From the NCBI GenBank assembly GCA_934654805.1, contig CAKUGW010000003.1, positions 1 through 57,127 on the forward strand: 57,127 bases of DNA, written 5' to 3'. Under the pieces are notes generated by a model that searched no databases, had not been told where the DNA came from, and worked only from the letters and a program-made list of their open reading frames with translations. This DNA comes from an uncultured Kiritimatiellota bacterium. Lineage in GTDB: Bacteria; Verrucomicrobiota; Kiritimatiellia; RFP12; UBA1067. How positions within the stretch are numbered: the first letter of the stretch is position 1; every line of letters begins with the position of its first letter. Shown here piece by piece: positions 1 through 8,067 of the stretch. A program made the translations under genes and the position numbers.

Positions 1-116
1 CGGCGCGGCGTTCGTTGCGCCCAAAGGCTCAGGGGCCGTTGCGAAACTCGGCGCGGCGTTCGTTGCGCCCAAAGGCTCAGGGGCCGTTACGAAACTCGGC
101 GCGGCGTTCGTTGCGC
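1..116. repeat. 48-bp tandem repeat (2 full copies plus a 20-nt partial), cut by the window edge
   Basis: 1-48 and 49-96 are identical except one g/a. 97-116 repeats the first 20 nt. 48 nt = 16 codons, so the minus-strand RAYT frame stays open (ATNAAPSF-V/A-TAPEPLG units). Confidence 0.9.
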
Positions 117-117
117 T

Positions 118-546
118 TGGCCGCGTGCGGCCAAGTTTCAGCCACCGAGACGTCGCTTTCGACTTGAAGCTGCCGACAATCGCGCCCAGCGGCTTGCGCT
201 GCCGCGCCCTGACGGCAATTACCGCGTGAAGATGATCGGGCATCACCTGCAGCCCCAGAACCGCCACGCCCGGCCACTGGCGAGACAACTCGGACATCGC
301 CGTCTCGACAAGCCGCCCGACCGCGCTTAATTCGACAAACGCCCCCTTCTGCGTGTCGCGGCCGAGCCGCCCCAGCGCGCAACTCCTGCGGTCGGCCAGC
401 GTCAGCGTAATCAGGTAAGCGTCCCTTCCGCAATAGTCCCAGTTGCGACAGCGCCGCCCCATGCGGTGAATCACGTCGCGCATCAGCGCGCCCGTGTCTT
501 CATCGTAATGCCACCCCGGCGGCGGTTCCTGTTGACCGTTGAGCAC
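118..546 (-). CDS. IS200/IS605 TnpA-like (REP-associated tyrosine transposase, RAYT) HUH protein, probably 3'-truncated
   Basis: Manual translation from GTG 546: ..[58 protein letters not shown]. It has the HUH motif (DHLHAV) and the YxxT N-terminal motif typical of RAYTs. The expected C-terminal catalytic Tyr region is replaced by the 48-bp repeat, and the frame runs open to the window edge, so it is absent from the ORF track. Confidence 0.65.
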
Positions 547-2900
547 TCTTTTCCGTCTTCGCACTTGAAAAGTCGAATTATACCAAAAACAGGCGGGGCG
601 GGCCGTGCGGCCCGCCCCGTCCGTTGCGCCGTGCGCAGCCTGCCACGCCCTTGGAGGCTCTTGTGGCAGGTGCGGCTGATGACGTCGAGCTGCTGCTCGC
701 GCGTCAGGTCGATGAACTTCACCGCATAGCCCGAGACGCGGATCGTGAAGTTCGCGTACTCCGGCTTCTCCGAATGCTCCATCGCGTCGATCAGCTTCTC
801 CGTGCCGAAGACGTTCACGTTCAGGTGATGCGCCCCCTGCGAGAAGTAGCCGTCCAGCACGCGCGCCAGCGTCGTCTCACGCGTCGCCTCGTCGTTGCCG
901 AGGGCCGAGGGGTGGATCGTCTGCGTGTTGGAGATGCCGTCCAGCGCGTAGCCGTAGGGCAGCTTCGCGACCGAGTTGAGCGAGGCGAGAAGCCCGTGCT
1001 TCTCCGCGCCGTAGGACGGGTTCGCCCCCGGCGACAGCGGCTCGCCCGCCTTGCGCCCGTCGGGCATCGCGCCCGTCGCCTTGCCGTAGACGACGTTCGA
1101 CGTGATCGTGAGGATCGACGTCGTCGGCGTCGCGTGGCGGTAGGTGTGGTGGCTGCGGATCTTGTTCATGAACTCCTTGAGGAGCGCCTTCGCGATGTCG
1201 TCCGCCCGCGCGTCGTCGTTGCCGTAGCGCGGGAAGTCGCCCTCGACCTTGTAGTCGACGGCAAGCCCCGTCTCGTCGCGGATGACGCTCACCTTCGCGT
1301 ACTTGATCGCCGAGAGCGAGTCGACCGCGTGCGAGAAGCCCGCGATGCCCGTCGCGAACGTGCGCTCCAGGTCGGTGTCGATGAGCGCCATCTGCGCCGC
1401 CTCGTAGTAGTAGCGGTCGTGCATGAAGTGGATGAGGTTCAGCGTGTGGACGTAGAGCCCGGCGAGCCAGTCCATCATCGCGTGATAGGCCTTCAGCACC
1501 TTCTCGTAGTCGAGCACGTCGTCCGTGATCGGGCGCAGCTCCGGCCCGACCTGCACGTGCGTCTTCTCGTCCATGCCGCCGTTGATGGCGTACAGGAGGC
1601 ACTTCGCGAGGTTGGCGCGCGCGCCGAAGAACTGCATCTCCTTGCCGGTGTGCGTCGCCGAGACGCAGCAGCAGATCGCGTAGTCGTCGCTCCAGACGCG
1701 GCGCATGATCTCGTCGTTCTCGTACTGCACGCTCGACGTCGCGACCGAGATCTTCGCGGCGTAGCGCTTGAACGCCTCCGGGAGGCGCGGCGAGTAGAGG
1801 ACCGTGAGGTTCGGCTCCGGGCTCGGCCCCATCGTCTCCAGCGTGTGGAGGATGCGGTAGTCGTTCTTCGTGACCATGCTGCGGCCGTCGCCGCACATGC
1901 CCGCGACGTTGATCGTCGCCCAGACGGGGTCGCCCGAGAAGAGCTGGTTGTACTCGGGGATGCGCGCGAACTTGACCATGCGGAACTTGAGGACCAGGTG
2001 GTCGATCAGCTCCTGCGCGTCCGTCTCGGTGAGGATGCCGCGCTTCAGGTCTCGCTCGATGTAGATGTCGAGGAACGTCGAGATGCGCCCGATGGACATC
2101 GCCGCGCCGTTCTGCGTCTTGATCGCCGCGAGATAGCCGAAGTACGTCCACTGCACGGCCTCGCGCGCAGTCGTCGCCGGCTGGGAGATGTCGTAGCCGT
2201 AGCTCGCCGCCATGACCTTCATCGCCTTCAGCGCGCGGATCTGCTCGGCGACCTCCTCGCGGCCGCGGATCACGTCCTCCGGCATCGAGCCGACGCCGAC
2301 CATCGGCAGGTCGCGCTCCTTGCCCGCGATCAGGCGGTCGATGCCGTAGAGCGCGACGCGGCGGTAGTCGCCGACGATGCGCCCGCGCCCGTAGGTGTCC
2401 GGCAGGCCCGTGATGATCTTGTTCTTGCGCGCGCGGCGCATCTCGGGCGTGTAGGCGTCGTAGACGCCCTGGTTGTGCGTCTTGTGGTACTCCGTGAAGA
2501 TGCGGTGCAGCTCGGGGTTCGGTGTGTAGCCATAGGTCGTCAGGGCCTCCTCGGCCATCTTGATGCCGCCGTAGGGCATGAACGCGCGCTTGAGCGGCTT
2601 GTCCGTCTGGAGGCCCACGATCTTTTCGAGATCCTTGTCGAGGTAGCCCGGCTTGTGCGAGGTGATGGACGAGACGATGTCGGTGTCCATGTCCAGGACG
2701 CCGCCTTTCGCGCGCTCTTCCTTCTGCAGGGCCTGCAGCTTGTTCCAGAGGGCGGTCGTCGCCTCCGTCGCGCCGGCGAGGAACGACGCATCGCCCTCAT
2801 ACGGCGTGTAGTTCAGGCGAATGAACTCGGCCGGATCGATCTCCTCCTGCCACTCGCCACCGATGAAACCTTCCCATGCGGGATAAACTTTCTTGCTCAT
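483..2900 (-). CDS. pflB: pyruvate formate-lyase (glycyl radical enzyme); the ORF has a 56-aa tail beyond the conserved C-terminus
   Basis: [12 protein letters not shown].. start at ATG 2900. Hallmarks are ..[10 protein letters not shown].. and the glycyl-radical region [31 protein letters not shown]. The family normally stops here (position 654), but the frame continues to TGA 483. Confidence 0.95.
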   Translation of the reverse strand: MSKKVYPAWEGFIGGEWQEEIDPAEFIRLNYTPYEGDASFLAGATEATTALWNKLQALQKEERAKGGVLDMDTDIVSSITSHKPGYLDKDLEKIVGLQTDKPLKRAFMPYGGIKMAEEALTTYGYTPNPELHRIFTEYHKTHNQGVYDAYTPEMRRARKNKIITGLPDTYGRGRIVGDYRRVALYGIDRLIAGKERDLPMVGVGSMPEDVIRGREEVAEQIRALKAMKVMAASYGYDISQPATTAREAVQWTYFGYLAAIKTQNGAAMSIGRISTFLDIYIERDLKRGILTETDAQELIDHLVLKFRMVKFARIPEYNQLFSGDPVWATINVAGMCGDGRSMVTKNDYRILHTLETMGPSPEPNLTVLYSPRLPEAFKRYAAKISVATSSVQYENDEIMRRVWSDDYAICCCVSATHTGKEMQFFGARANLAKCLLYAINGGMDEKTHVQVGPELRPITDDVLDYEKVLKAYHAMMDWLAGLYVHTLNLIHFMHDRYYYEAAQMALIDTDLERTFATGIAGFSHAVDSLSAIKYAKVSVIRDETGLAVDYKVEGDFPRYGNDDARADDIAKALLKEFMNKIRSHHTYRHATPTTSILTITSNVVYGKATGAMPDGRKAGEPLSPGANPSYGAEKHGLLASLNSVAKLPYGYALDGISNTQTIHPSALGNDEATRETTLARVLDGYFSQGAHHLNVNVFGTEKLIDAMEHSEKPEYANFTIRVSGYAVKFIDLTREQQLDVISRTCHKSLQGRGRLRTAQRTGRAARPAPPVFGIIRLFKCEDGKECSTVNRNRRRGGITMKTRAR
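577..585 (-). promoter_or_regulatory. extended -10 box TGGTATAAT (minus strand) upstream of the RAYT-like gene
   Basis: Plus strand attatacca. 12 nt to GTG 564 and 30 nt to GTG 546. AT island in GC-rich DNA. Confidence 0.55.
585..618 (-). terminator. rho-independent terminator downstream of pflB
   Basis: Minus strand: GGGGCGGGCC-gcac-GGCCCGCCCC (perfect 10-bp stem, 595-618) followed by gcctGTTTTT (585-594). Confidence 0.85.
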
Positions 2901-2910
2901 AACGGCGCGT

Positions 2911-2919
2911 ATTATACCA
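2911..2919 (-). promoter_or_regulatory. extended -10 box TGGTATAAT for pflB, near-leaderless
   Basis: TGGTATAAT-acgcgccgtt-ATG: only 10 nt between the -10 hexamer and ATG 2900. Confidence 0.7.
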
Positions 2920-3325
2920 CATTCGGCCCGCAAAGGTGTTAGCCATAGGAAAGTTCTTTCTTAATCGCCAAAATCGCTCTGATTTCAGGCGATTTCTGAA
3001 AGAACCCGAACCGCGAAAATAGACCTCATTCGCCACCGTTCGCGCAGAGGCGGTGCAGACGCACGGTCGTCCGCCACGGCATTCGCCGTCCCCGTCGTCG
3101 GCTCGAAGAACGTCCCCGGCCCTGCGGCAGCCGCCCAAGCGGACGCAGACAATGAATCACACGTCTTTTGGATTCGACTGAACGCCTTCATGATGCGCAT
3201 TATCCTAAAAATCGCAGTTGAGGCCAAGGGGGCGTGGTTCTCCTCTCTTCTGCGCGACAGCAGATGAAGGCGCCATTTTGCTCATCGCCCAGACGTACAG
3301 ACGTACCATTTTCAGTGGATCCCTA

Positions 3326-3355
3326 TTGACGAGCGGGTGTCATGAAGTGTATAAT
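3326..3355 (+). promoter_or_regulatory. sigma70-type promoter of mraZ (TTGACG-18 nt-TATAAT)
   Basis: TTGACG at 3326-3331 and TATAAT at 3350-3355. 11 nt to ATG 3367, so there is a very short leader. Confidence 0.7.
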
Positions 3356-3366
3356 AGTGTCACAAA

Positions 3367-3849
3367 ATGTCAGAGAAGGTTTTGCAGAGTGTCGCGGAGT
3401 CGACAGGCGTGGGGTCGGGCGTCCTTTTCGGGCGCCACGACTTCGCGCTCGACCCGAAAAGGCGCCTGACCATTCCAAGCGAATGGCGCGGCGTGTTTTC
3501 GGGCGGCGTCGTCTACGTGATGCCCGACCGCAAGGAAAAGTGCCTCAATCTCTACCCGAAGGCGGAGATGGACGCCTTTCTCGATCAGCTGCGCCAGAAA
3601 GCGCTCCTTGATCCGGCGCTCAACCGGGTGTTCGCCAAGATCGGCGCGGTCTCGCAGCAGCTCTCCTTTGACGTTCAGGGACGGATCCGCATCTGCGACA
3701 AGCTCCTTCAGTTCGCGAACTTGGCGACGACGGTCGCGATGGTGGGTTCGTTCCGCATGGTGAAGCTCTACGCGCCGGAGGTCCTTGGGCCCGAGGATGC
3801 GGTGGACATCGAGGAAATCGACAATGTGCTGACGGCGGCGGGGTTGTGA
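3367..3849 (+). CDS. mraZ: transcriptional regulator MraZ
   Basis: LFGRHDFALDPKRRLTIPSEWR and a second half ..DVQGRIRICDKLL.. (duplicated MraZ/SpoVT-AbrB-like halves). Lies immediately upstream of rsmH. Confidence 0.9.
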   Translation: MSEKVLQSVAESTGVGSGVLFGRHDFALDPKRRLTIPSEWRGVFSGGVVYVMPDRKEKCLNLYPKAEMDAFLDQLRQKALLDPALNRVFAKIGAVSQQLSFDVQGRIRICDKLLQFANLATTVAMVGSFRMVKLYAPEVLGPEDAVDIEEIDNVLTAAGL

Positions 3850-3850
3850 C

Positions 3851-4762
3851 ATGAACGAGACGCACATCCCCGTCCTCCTGGAGGAAACAGTCGGCGCACT
3901 GTCCGTCAGGCCCGGCGGCCGGTACGTGGACGGCACGCTTGGCCGGGCGGGCCACGCGCGGGCGATTCTCGCGCGCGGCGGCGAAGTCCTCGGCATCGAC
4001 CGCGACGACGCGGCGCGCGCGGCGGTGCGGGCGCAGGGGCTGAACGGGCTGACGGTGGTCGCGGGCAACCACGGCGACGTGAAGAGGATTGCAGATGAGC
4101 AGGGATGGAACGAAGTCGACGGGGTCCTGCTGGACCTGGGTGTGTCAAGTCCTCAGCTGGATGAGGCCGGACGCGGGTTCAGCTTTCTCCGCGAGGGACC
4201 CCTTGACATGCGCATGGATCGGTCGGGCGCCCTGACGGCGGCGGATCTCGTGAACGGCGAAAGCGCGGAGCGGCTGGCGGAGATCTTCCGCACGCTCGGC
4301 GAGGAGCCGCAGGCGCGGCGGATCGCGCGCGCGCTCGTCGCGGCGCGGGAGCGGGGCGCGCGATTCGCGACGACGACGGAACTCGCGGACTTCGTGGAGC
4401 GGCTGGTCGGGCGGCGCGGCGGGCACCATCCGGCGACGCGCGTCTTCCAGGCGCTGCGGATGGCGGTGAACGACGAGCTCGGCGAGCTGGCGCGGGCGCT
4501 CGACGGCGGGCTCGCGATCCTGAAGCCGGGCGGGCGGTTCGCGGTCATCACGTTCGAGAGCCTGTCCGACCGGCTCGTGAAGCGGTTCTTCGCCGCGCAC
4601 GTCGGGAAGATGCGCGCCCTTCAGCAGGGCGGCGAGGCGTGGGACGGCGAGCTGCCGAGGGCGCGGGCGGTCACGAAGAAGGCCGTGACGGCGGGCGCGG
4701 CGGAAGTTGACTTGAATCCGAGGGCGCGGAGCGCGAAGCTGCGCGTGATCGAAAGGACGTAA
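3851..4762 (+). CDS. rsmH: 16S rRNA (cytosine1402-N4)-methyltransferase RsmH
   Basis: HIPVLLEE..YVDGTLGRAGHA..LLDLGVSSPQLD..RGFSF..GPLDMRM motifs. Confidence 0.95.
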   Translation: MNETHIPVLLEETVGALSVRPGGRYVDGTLGRAGHARAILARGGEVLGIDRDDAARAAVRAQGLNGLTVVAGNHGDVKRIADEQGWNEVDGVLLDLGVSSPQLDEAGRGFSFLREGPLDMRMDRSGALTAADLVNGESAERLAEIFRTLGEEPQARRIARALVAARERGARFATTTELADFVERLVGRRGGHHPATRVFQALRMAVNDELGELARALDGGLAILKPGGRFAVITFESLSDRLVKRFFAAHVGKMRALQQGGEAWDGELPRARAVTKKAVTAGAAEVDLNPRARSAKLRVIERT

Positions 4763-4768
4763 GGGAAG

Positions 4769-5194
4769 ATGAGAAGGAACAGGAAGGTTTCGAAGAAGAT
4801 GTCCGTCATCGCGACGAACACGATGCGCTTCGGCGCGATCATCGTGTTCTTCTTCGTGATGGTGATCTTGAACATCCTCTCGTCGTCGAGCTGCACGCAG
4901 CTCCTGAACGAGAAGGGCCAGAAGGAGCGCGAGCTCGCGAAGCTGGAGGAGTCGCACCGCCGCGAGTCGACGCGGTGGGAGGAGATGAAGACGCCGGAGA
5001 AGATCGAGGCGGCGCTCTTCCGCCACGGGCTCAAGATGTCGACGCCGCGCGCCGACCAGTGCATCCGCCTGAACGAGCGCGGCGTGCCGTATCCGAACCA
5101 GCTGGCGCTGACGCGCCTGCGCCAGCGTTCGTCCGCCGCCGCGACGGCGCGCTATGTCGCGCCGACCCAGCGCCCGAAGCGCAAGATCCGCTGA
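4769..5194 (+). CDS. ftsL: FtsL-like cell division protein (single TM plus coiled coil)
   Basis: TM segment FGAIIVFFFVMVILNIL followed by a charged coiled coil. Call rests on position between rsmH and ftsI. Confidence 0.6.
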   Translation: MRRNRKVSKKMSVIATNTMRFGAIIVFFFVMVILNILSSSSCTQLLNEKGQKERELAKLEESHRRESTRWEEMKTPEKIEAALFRHGLKMSTPRADQCIRLNERGVPYPNQLALTRLRQRSSAAATARYVAPTQRPKRKIR

Positions 5195-5200
5195 CGCGCG

Positions 5201-7036
5201 ATGCCGATGCGCGGCGAGAATTGGCGCTTCTGGCTGCCGGTCGTCCTCTTGGCGGGGTTCGCGGCCTATTCGGCCCAGAAGCTCGTGCGCGCGCACATCG
5301 ACCCGAAGGTCTCCGCGCCGGACTACGTCTTCACGCGCAAGCTGACGGCGCCGCGCGGGGCGATTTACTCGTGCAAGGGCAAGGGGTATCCCTTCGCGAA
5401 GTCCGTTCCCTACTGGGAATACGCGCTCGACCCCGTTGCGCTCACGAACGCCCTCGTGCGCCCGCGCGGCGAGAAGCGTCCGCGCGCGAAGGAGGCGATC
5501 GTGCGGACGATCGCGGACGCGCTGGGGCTGGAGTACCAGAAGGTGCTGCGGATGGCGAACGCCGCGCCGCGCCGGGGCTACCGCGACCAGTTCCTCGCGC
5601 TGTCGTCCGACCCGAACGCCCACCGCACGCTCGCCGACTCGTCGCTCGTCGCGGGCGTCGCGATCCACGACACGCAGGTGCGGCAGTACCTGCACGGCCG
5701 CCGCCTCTCGCACGTCCTCGGCAGCGTGAACGCCGAGTACGTCGGCTCGGCGGGCGTCGAGCTGCGCTTCGACCGCGAGCTCACCGGCACGCCGGGCACG
5801 ATCCAGGGCATGCGCGACGCGCGCGGCCGCGAGCTCTACGACAAGCGGCAGGTCTCGATCGACCCGATCCCGGGGGCGGACGTGTACCTGACGATCGACC
5901 ACAACATCCAGTTCGAGGCGGAGGACGCGCTCAGGTGGGGCGTCGCGGAATACGGCGCGGCGTCGGGCTGGTGCATCGTCATGGGCGCGAAGACGGGGGC
6001 CGTCCTCGCGATGGCGTCGCTGCCGGACTTCGAGCCTCTCGCGTTCGGGCGCACGCCGGACGACGCGAAGCTGAACCGCGCCGTCGCGTTCAACTACGAG
6101 CCGGGCTCCGTCATGAAGACGATCACCGTCGCGGCGGCGGTCGACGCGGGGTTCGTGCGGCCGACGAGCTTCTACCGCACGAACCGCGACGACCCGAACT
6201 ACTACCGCCTGCCGGGCGACGGCTCGCACAAGTGGGAGCCGACGATGACCGTCCGGGACGCGCTCGTGCATTCCTCGAACATCGTCATCGGCAAGCTCGC
6301 CTACGACTTCGGCCCGCGCCGCCTCTACGAGTACATGAGGAAGTTCGGCTTCGGCGCGAAGACGGGCATCGAGCTGCCGGGCGAGCAGTTCGGCATCCTG
6401 CCGGACCCGCGCAAGCGCGCGTGGGACAAGGCCTCGCAGTCGCGCGCGGGCATCGGGCAGTTCGTCGCCGTGACGGCGATCCAGCTCGCGGGCGCGTACC
6501 AGGCGATCGCGAACGACGGCGTGCGCATGAGGCCCTACGTCGTCGACCGCGTCGTGCGGGCGGACGGGTCGGAGGCCTACCGCGGCGTGCCGACGCCGGC
6601 CGGGCGGGCGATCTCGGCGGCGGCGGCGCGGGCGACGCGCGAGATGATGCTCGACGTCGCCTCGCCGAGGGGCACGGCGCGGCGCGCGGCGATCCGCGGC
6701 TACTCCGTCGCGGGCAAGACGGGCACGGCGCAGAAGCAGATTCCCGGCGGCCGCGGCTACAGTCCGGGACTCTACCGCGCGACGTTCTGCGGCATCGTGC
6801 CGGCGGGCGACCCGGAGCTCGTCGTGCTCGTCACGCTCGACTTCGAGGCGCGCACGCGCTTCCACCAGGGCGGCAACTCGGCGGGCCCCGTCTTCAAGCG
6901 CATCGCGACGGCGGCCCTGCGCTACCTCATGGTGCCGCCGGACCGTCCGGAGGAGCTGGAGGAGGCGGACGACGCGGACGCCTTCGCCGACATGATGGAG
7001 GAGCGCGGCCGCCGGCAGGGCGACCTGCTCGATTGA
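5201..7036 (+). CDS. ftsI: penicillin-binding protein (FtsI/PBP3-type D,D-transpeptidase)
   Basis: N-terminal TM, then the SVMK (SxxK), SSN and KTGT motifs in order. dcw context. Confidence 0.9.
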   Translation: MPMRGENWRFWLPVVLLAGFAAYSAQKLVRAHIDPKVSAPDYVFTRKLTAPRGAIYSCKGKGYPFAKSVPYWEYALDPVALTNALVRPRGEKRPRAKEAIVRTIADALGLEYQKVLRMANAAPRRGYRDQFLALSSDPNAHRTLADSSLVAGVAIHDTQVRQYLHGRRLSHVLGSVNAEYVGSAGVELRFDRELTGTPGTIQGMRDARGRELYDKRQVSIDPIPGADVYLTIDHNIQFEAEDALRWGVAEYGAASGWCIVMGAKTGAVLAMASLPDFEPLAFGRTPDDAKLNRAVAFNYEPGSVMKTITVAAAVDAGFVRPTSFYRTNRDDPNYYRLPGDGSHKWEPTMTVRDALVHSSNIVIGKLAYDFGPRRLYEYMRKFGFGAKTGIELPGEQFGILPDPRKRAWDKASQSRAGIGQFVAVTAIQLAGAYQAIANDGVRMRPYVVDRVVRADGSEAYRGVPTPAGRAISAAAARATREMMLDVASPRGTARRAAIRGYSVAGKTGTAQKQIPGGRGYSPGLYRATFCGIVPAGDPELVVLVTLDFEARTRFHQGGNSAGPVFKRIATAALRYLMVPPDRPEELEEADDADAFADMMEERGRRQGDLLD

Positions 7037-7041
7037 GAATG

Positions 7042-7050
7042 TGGTATAAT
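7042..7050 (+). promoter_or_regulatory. extended -10 box TGGTATAAT
   Basis: Lies 36 nt upstream of ATG 7087, which has an AAGAGG RBS. Confidence 0.6.
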
Positions 7051-7086
7051 GACGGTTCCATCAGCAAGTCGAGTCAGGAAAAGAGG

Positions 7087-8067
7087 ATGAAGAAGACAGT
7101 CAGGTTCGTTCTGGTCGGCCTCGCGGGCGTCGCGCTGGCCGTCGCGGCCGGATGCGTGCAGGCGCCGCCGCCGTGGACGTCCGCCGACGCATGGCGCGTC
7201 GTCGCCGTTTCCGAATCGCCGCGGCCCGCCGTGCCGGCCGGGCTGAGCGGCGTGACGCGATTGGAGGGCTCGCGCTTCCTCTCCATCGAGGACCGTGGCG
7301 GACGGCTCTGGACGCTTGACGTTTCGTTTGGCCCGTCCAACGCCGTTGCGGGCTGTTCGCCGGCCGGGCACGTGAAGCTTGACGGCGTCGTCGACGGCGA
7401 AGGGTGTGCGTGGGATCCGCTCCGCAAGACGGTCTGGGCGAGCGACGAGGTCGGCCCGTTCGTGTCCGAACACGATCCGAAGACGGGACGGCGGCTGAAC
7501 GAGCTGGCGCTGACGGACGACTTCCGCCGGATTCGCCCGAATCGCGGGCCGGAGGGGCTGACGATCTCGCCGGACGGCCTGACGCTCTGGACGTGCCCCG
7601 AAGAGGCCGTGGAAGGGGACGGGCCGCTTGCGTCGCCGACGAACGGGACGCTCGTGCGTCTGCACCGCTACGTGCGGACGTCCGGCCGGGCGGCGTGGCA
7701 GGCGGCGGAGGAGATTCCCTACCGGGCCGATCCCTTCGGCGGGCGGGACTACCGGGGGAAGTCGTGCAGCGGCGTCTCCGGGCTCTGCGCGCTGCCGGGC
7801 GGCACGCTGCTCGTGCTGGAGCGCGAGATGAGCGTCAAGGGCTTCCTGCCGGCCTTTCGGCTTCGGCTCTACGAGGTGCGTCCCGGCAGGGAAAAGCGGC
7901 TTCTGCTGGACCGCGACACGGGCCTTTCGATGTACGAGGGCATCTGCCTGGCGGAGGTGCTGCCGGACGGGACGGTGCGACTGCTCCTCGTTTCCGACGG
8001 GGAGGGCATTCCGATCGAGACGCTCCTGTCGATTACGTTGGCACGGCAAAGGCATGAAGACGCCTGA
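7087..8067 (+). CDS. lipoprotein, esterase-like/phytase-like beta-propeller family
   Basis: MKKTVRFVLVGLAGVALAVAAGC lipobox. GPEGLTISPDG.. and LLLVSDGEG motifs recall the 'esterase-like activity of phytase' family. Confidence 0.6.
   Translation: MKKTVRFVLVGLAGVALAVAAGCVQAPPPWTSADAWRVVAVSESPRPAVPAGLSGVTRLEGSRFLSIEDRGGRLWTLDVSFGPSNAVAGCSPAGHVKLDGVVDGEGCAWDPLRKTVWASDEVGPFVSEHDPKTGRRLNELALTDDFRRIRPNRGPEGLTISPDGLTLWTCPEEAVEGDGPLASPTNGTLVRLHRYVRTSGRAAWQAAEEIPYRADPFGGRDYRGKSCSGVSGLCALPGGTLLVLEREMSVKGFLPAFRLRLYEVRPGREKRLLLDRDTGLSMYEGICLAEVLPDGTVRLLLVSDGEGIPIETLLSITLARQRHEDA

Noticed and set aside
77-433. 118-aa minus-strand ORF at the left edge
   Set aside because: It is an alternative frame of the RAYT-like gene. 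The HUH-motif frame gives a recognisable transposase, whereas this one gives Arg/Gly-rich nonsense.
483-653. Alternative genetic code as the explanation for the missing pflB stop
   Set aside because: TGA, TAA and TAG all terminate neighbouring well-defined genes at the expected positions (for example TGA in mraZ and sctN, TAA in rsmH and argD, TAG in sctC).
624-2942. 772-aa plus-strand ORF, plus similar giants at 4145-6865(-), 10701-13157(-), 24268-26709(+), 30087-32066(+), 39275-41545(+), 43473-45611(+), 46214-49387(+) and 51631-54099(+)
   Set aside because: All lie antisense to genes with unmistakable family motifs. Their translations are Arg/Ala/Gly/Pro-rich low-complexity strings typical of stop-poor shadow frames in GC-rich DNA.
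2985-3227. 80-aa minus-strand ORF in the pflB-mraZ intergenic region
   Set aside because: It has mixed GC3, no RBS or promoter box, and no recognisable motif. It is probably non-coding regulatory DNA, though this could not be fully excluded.
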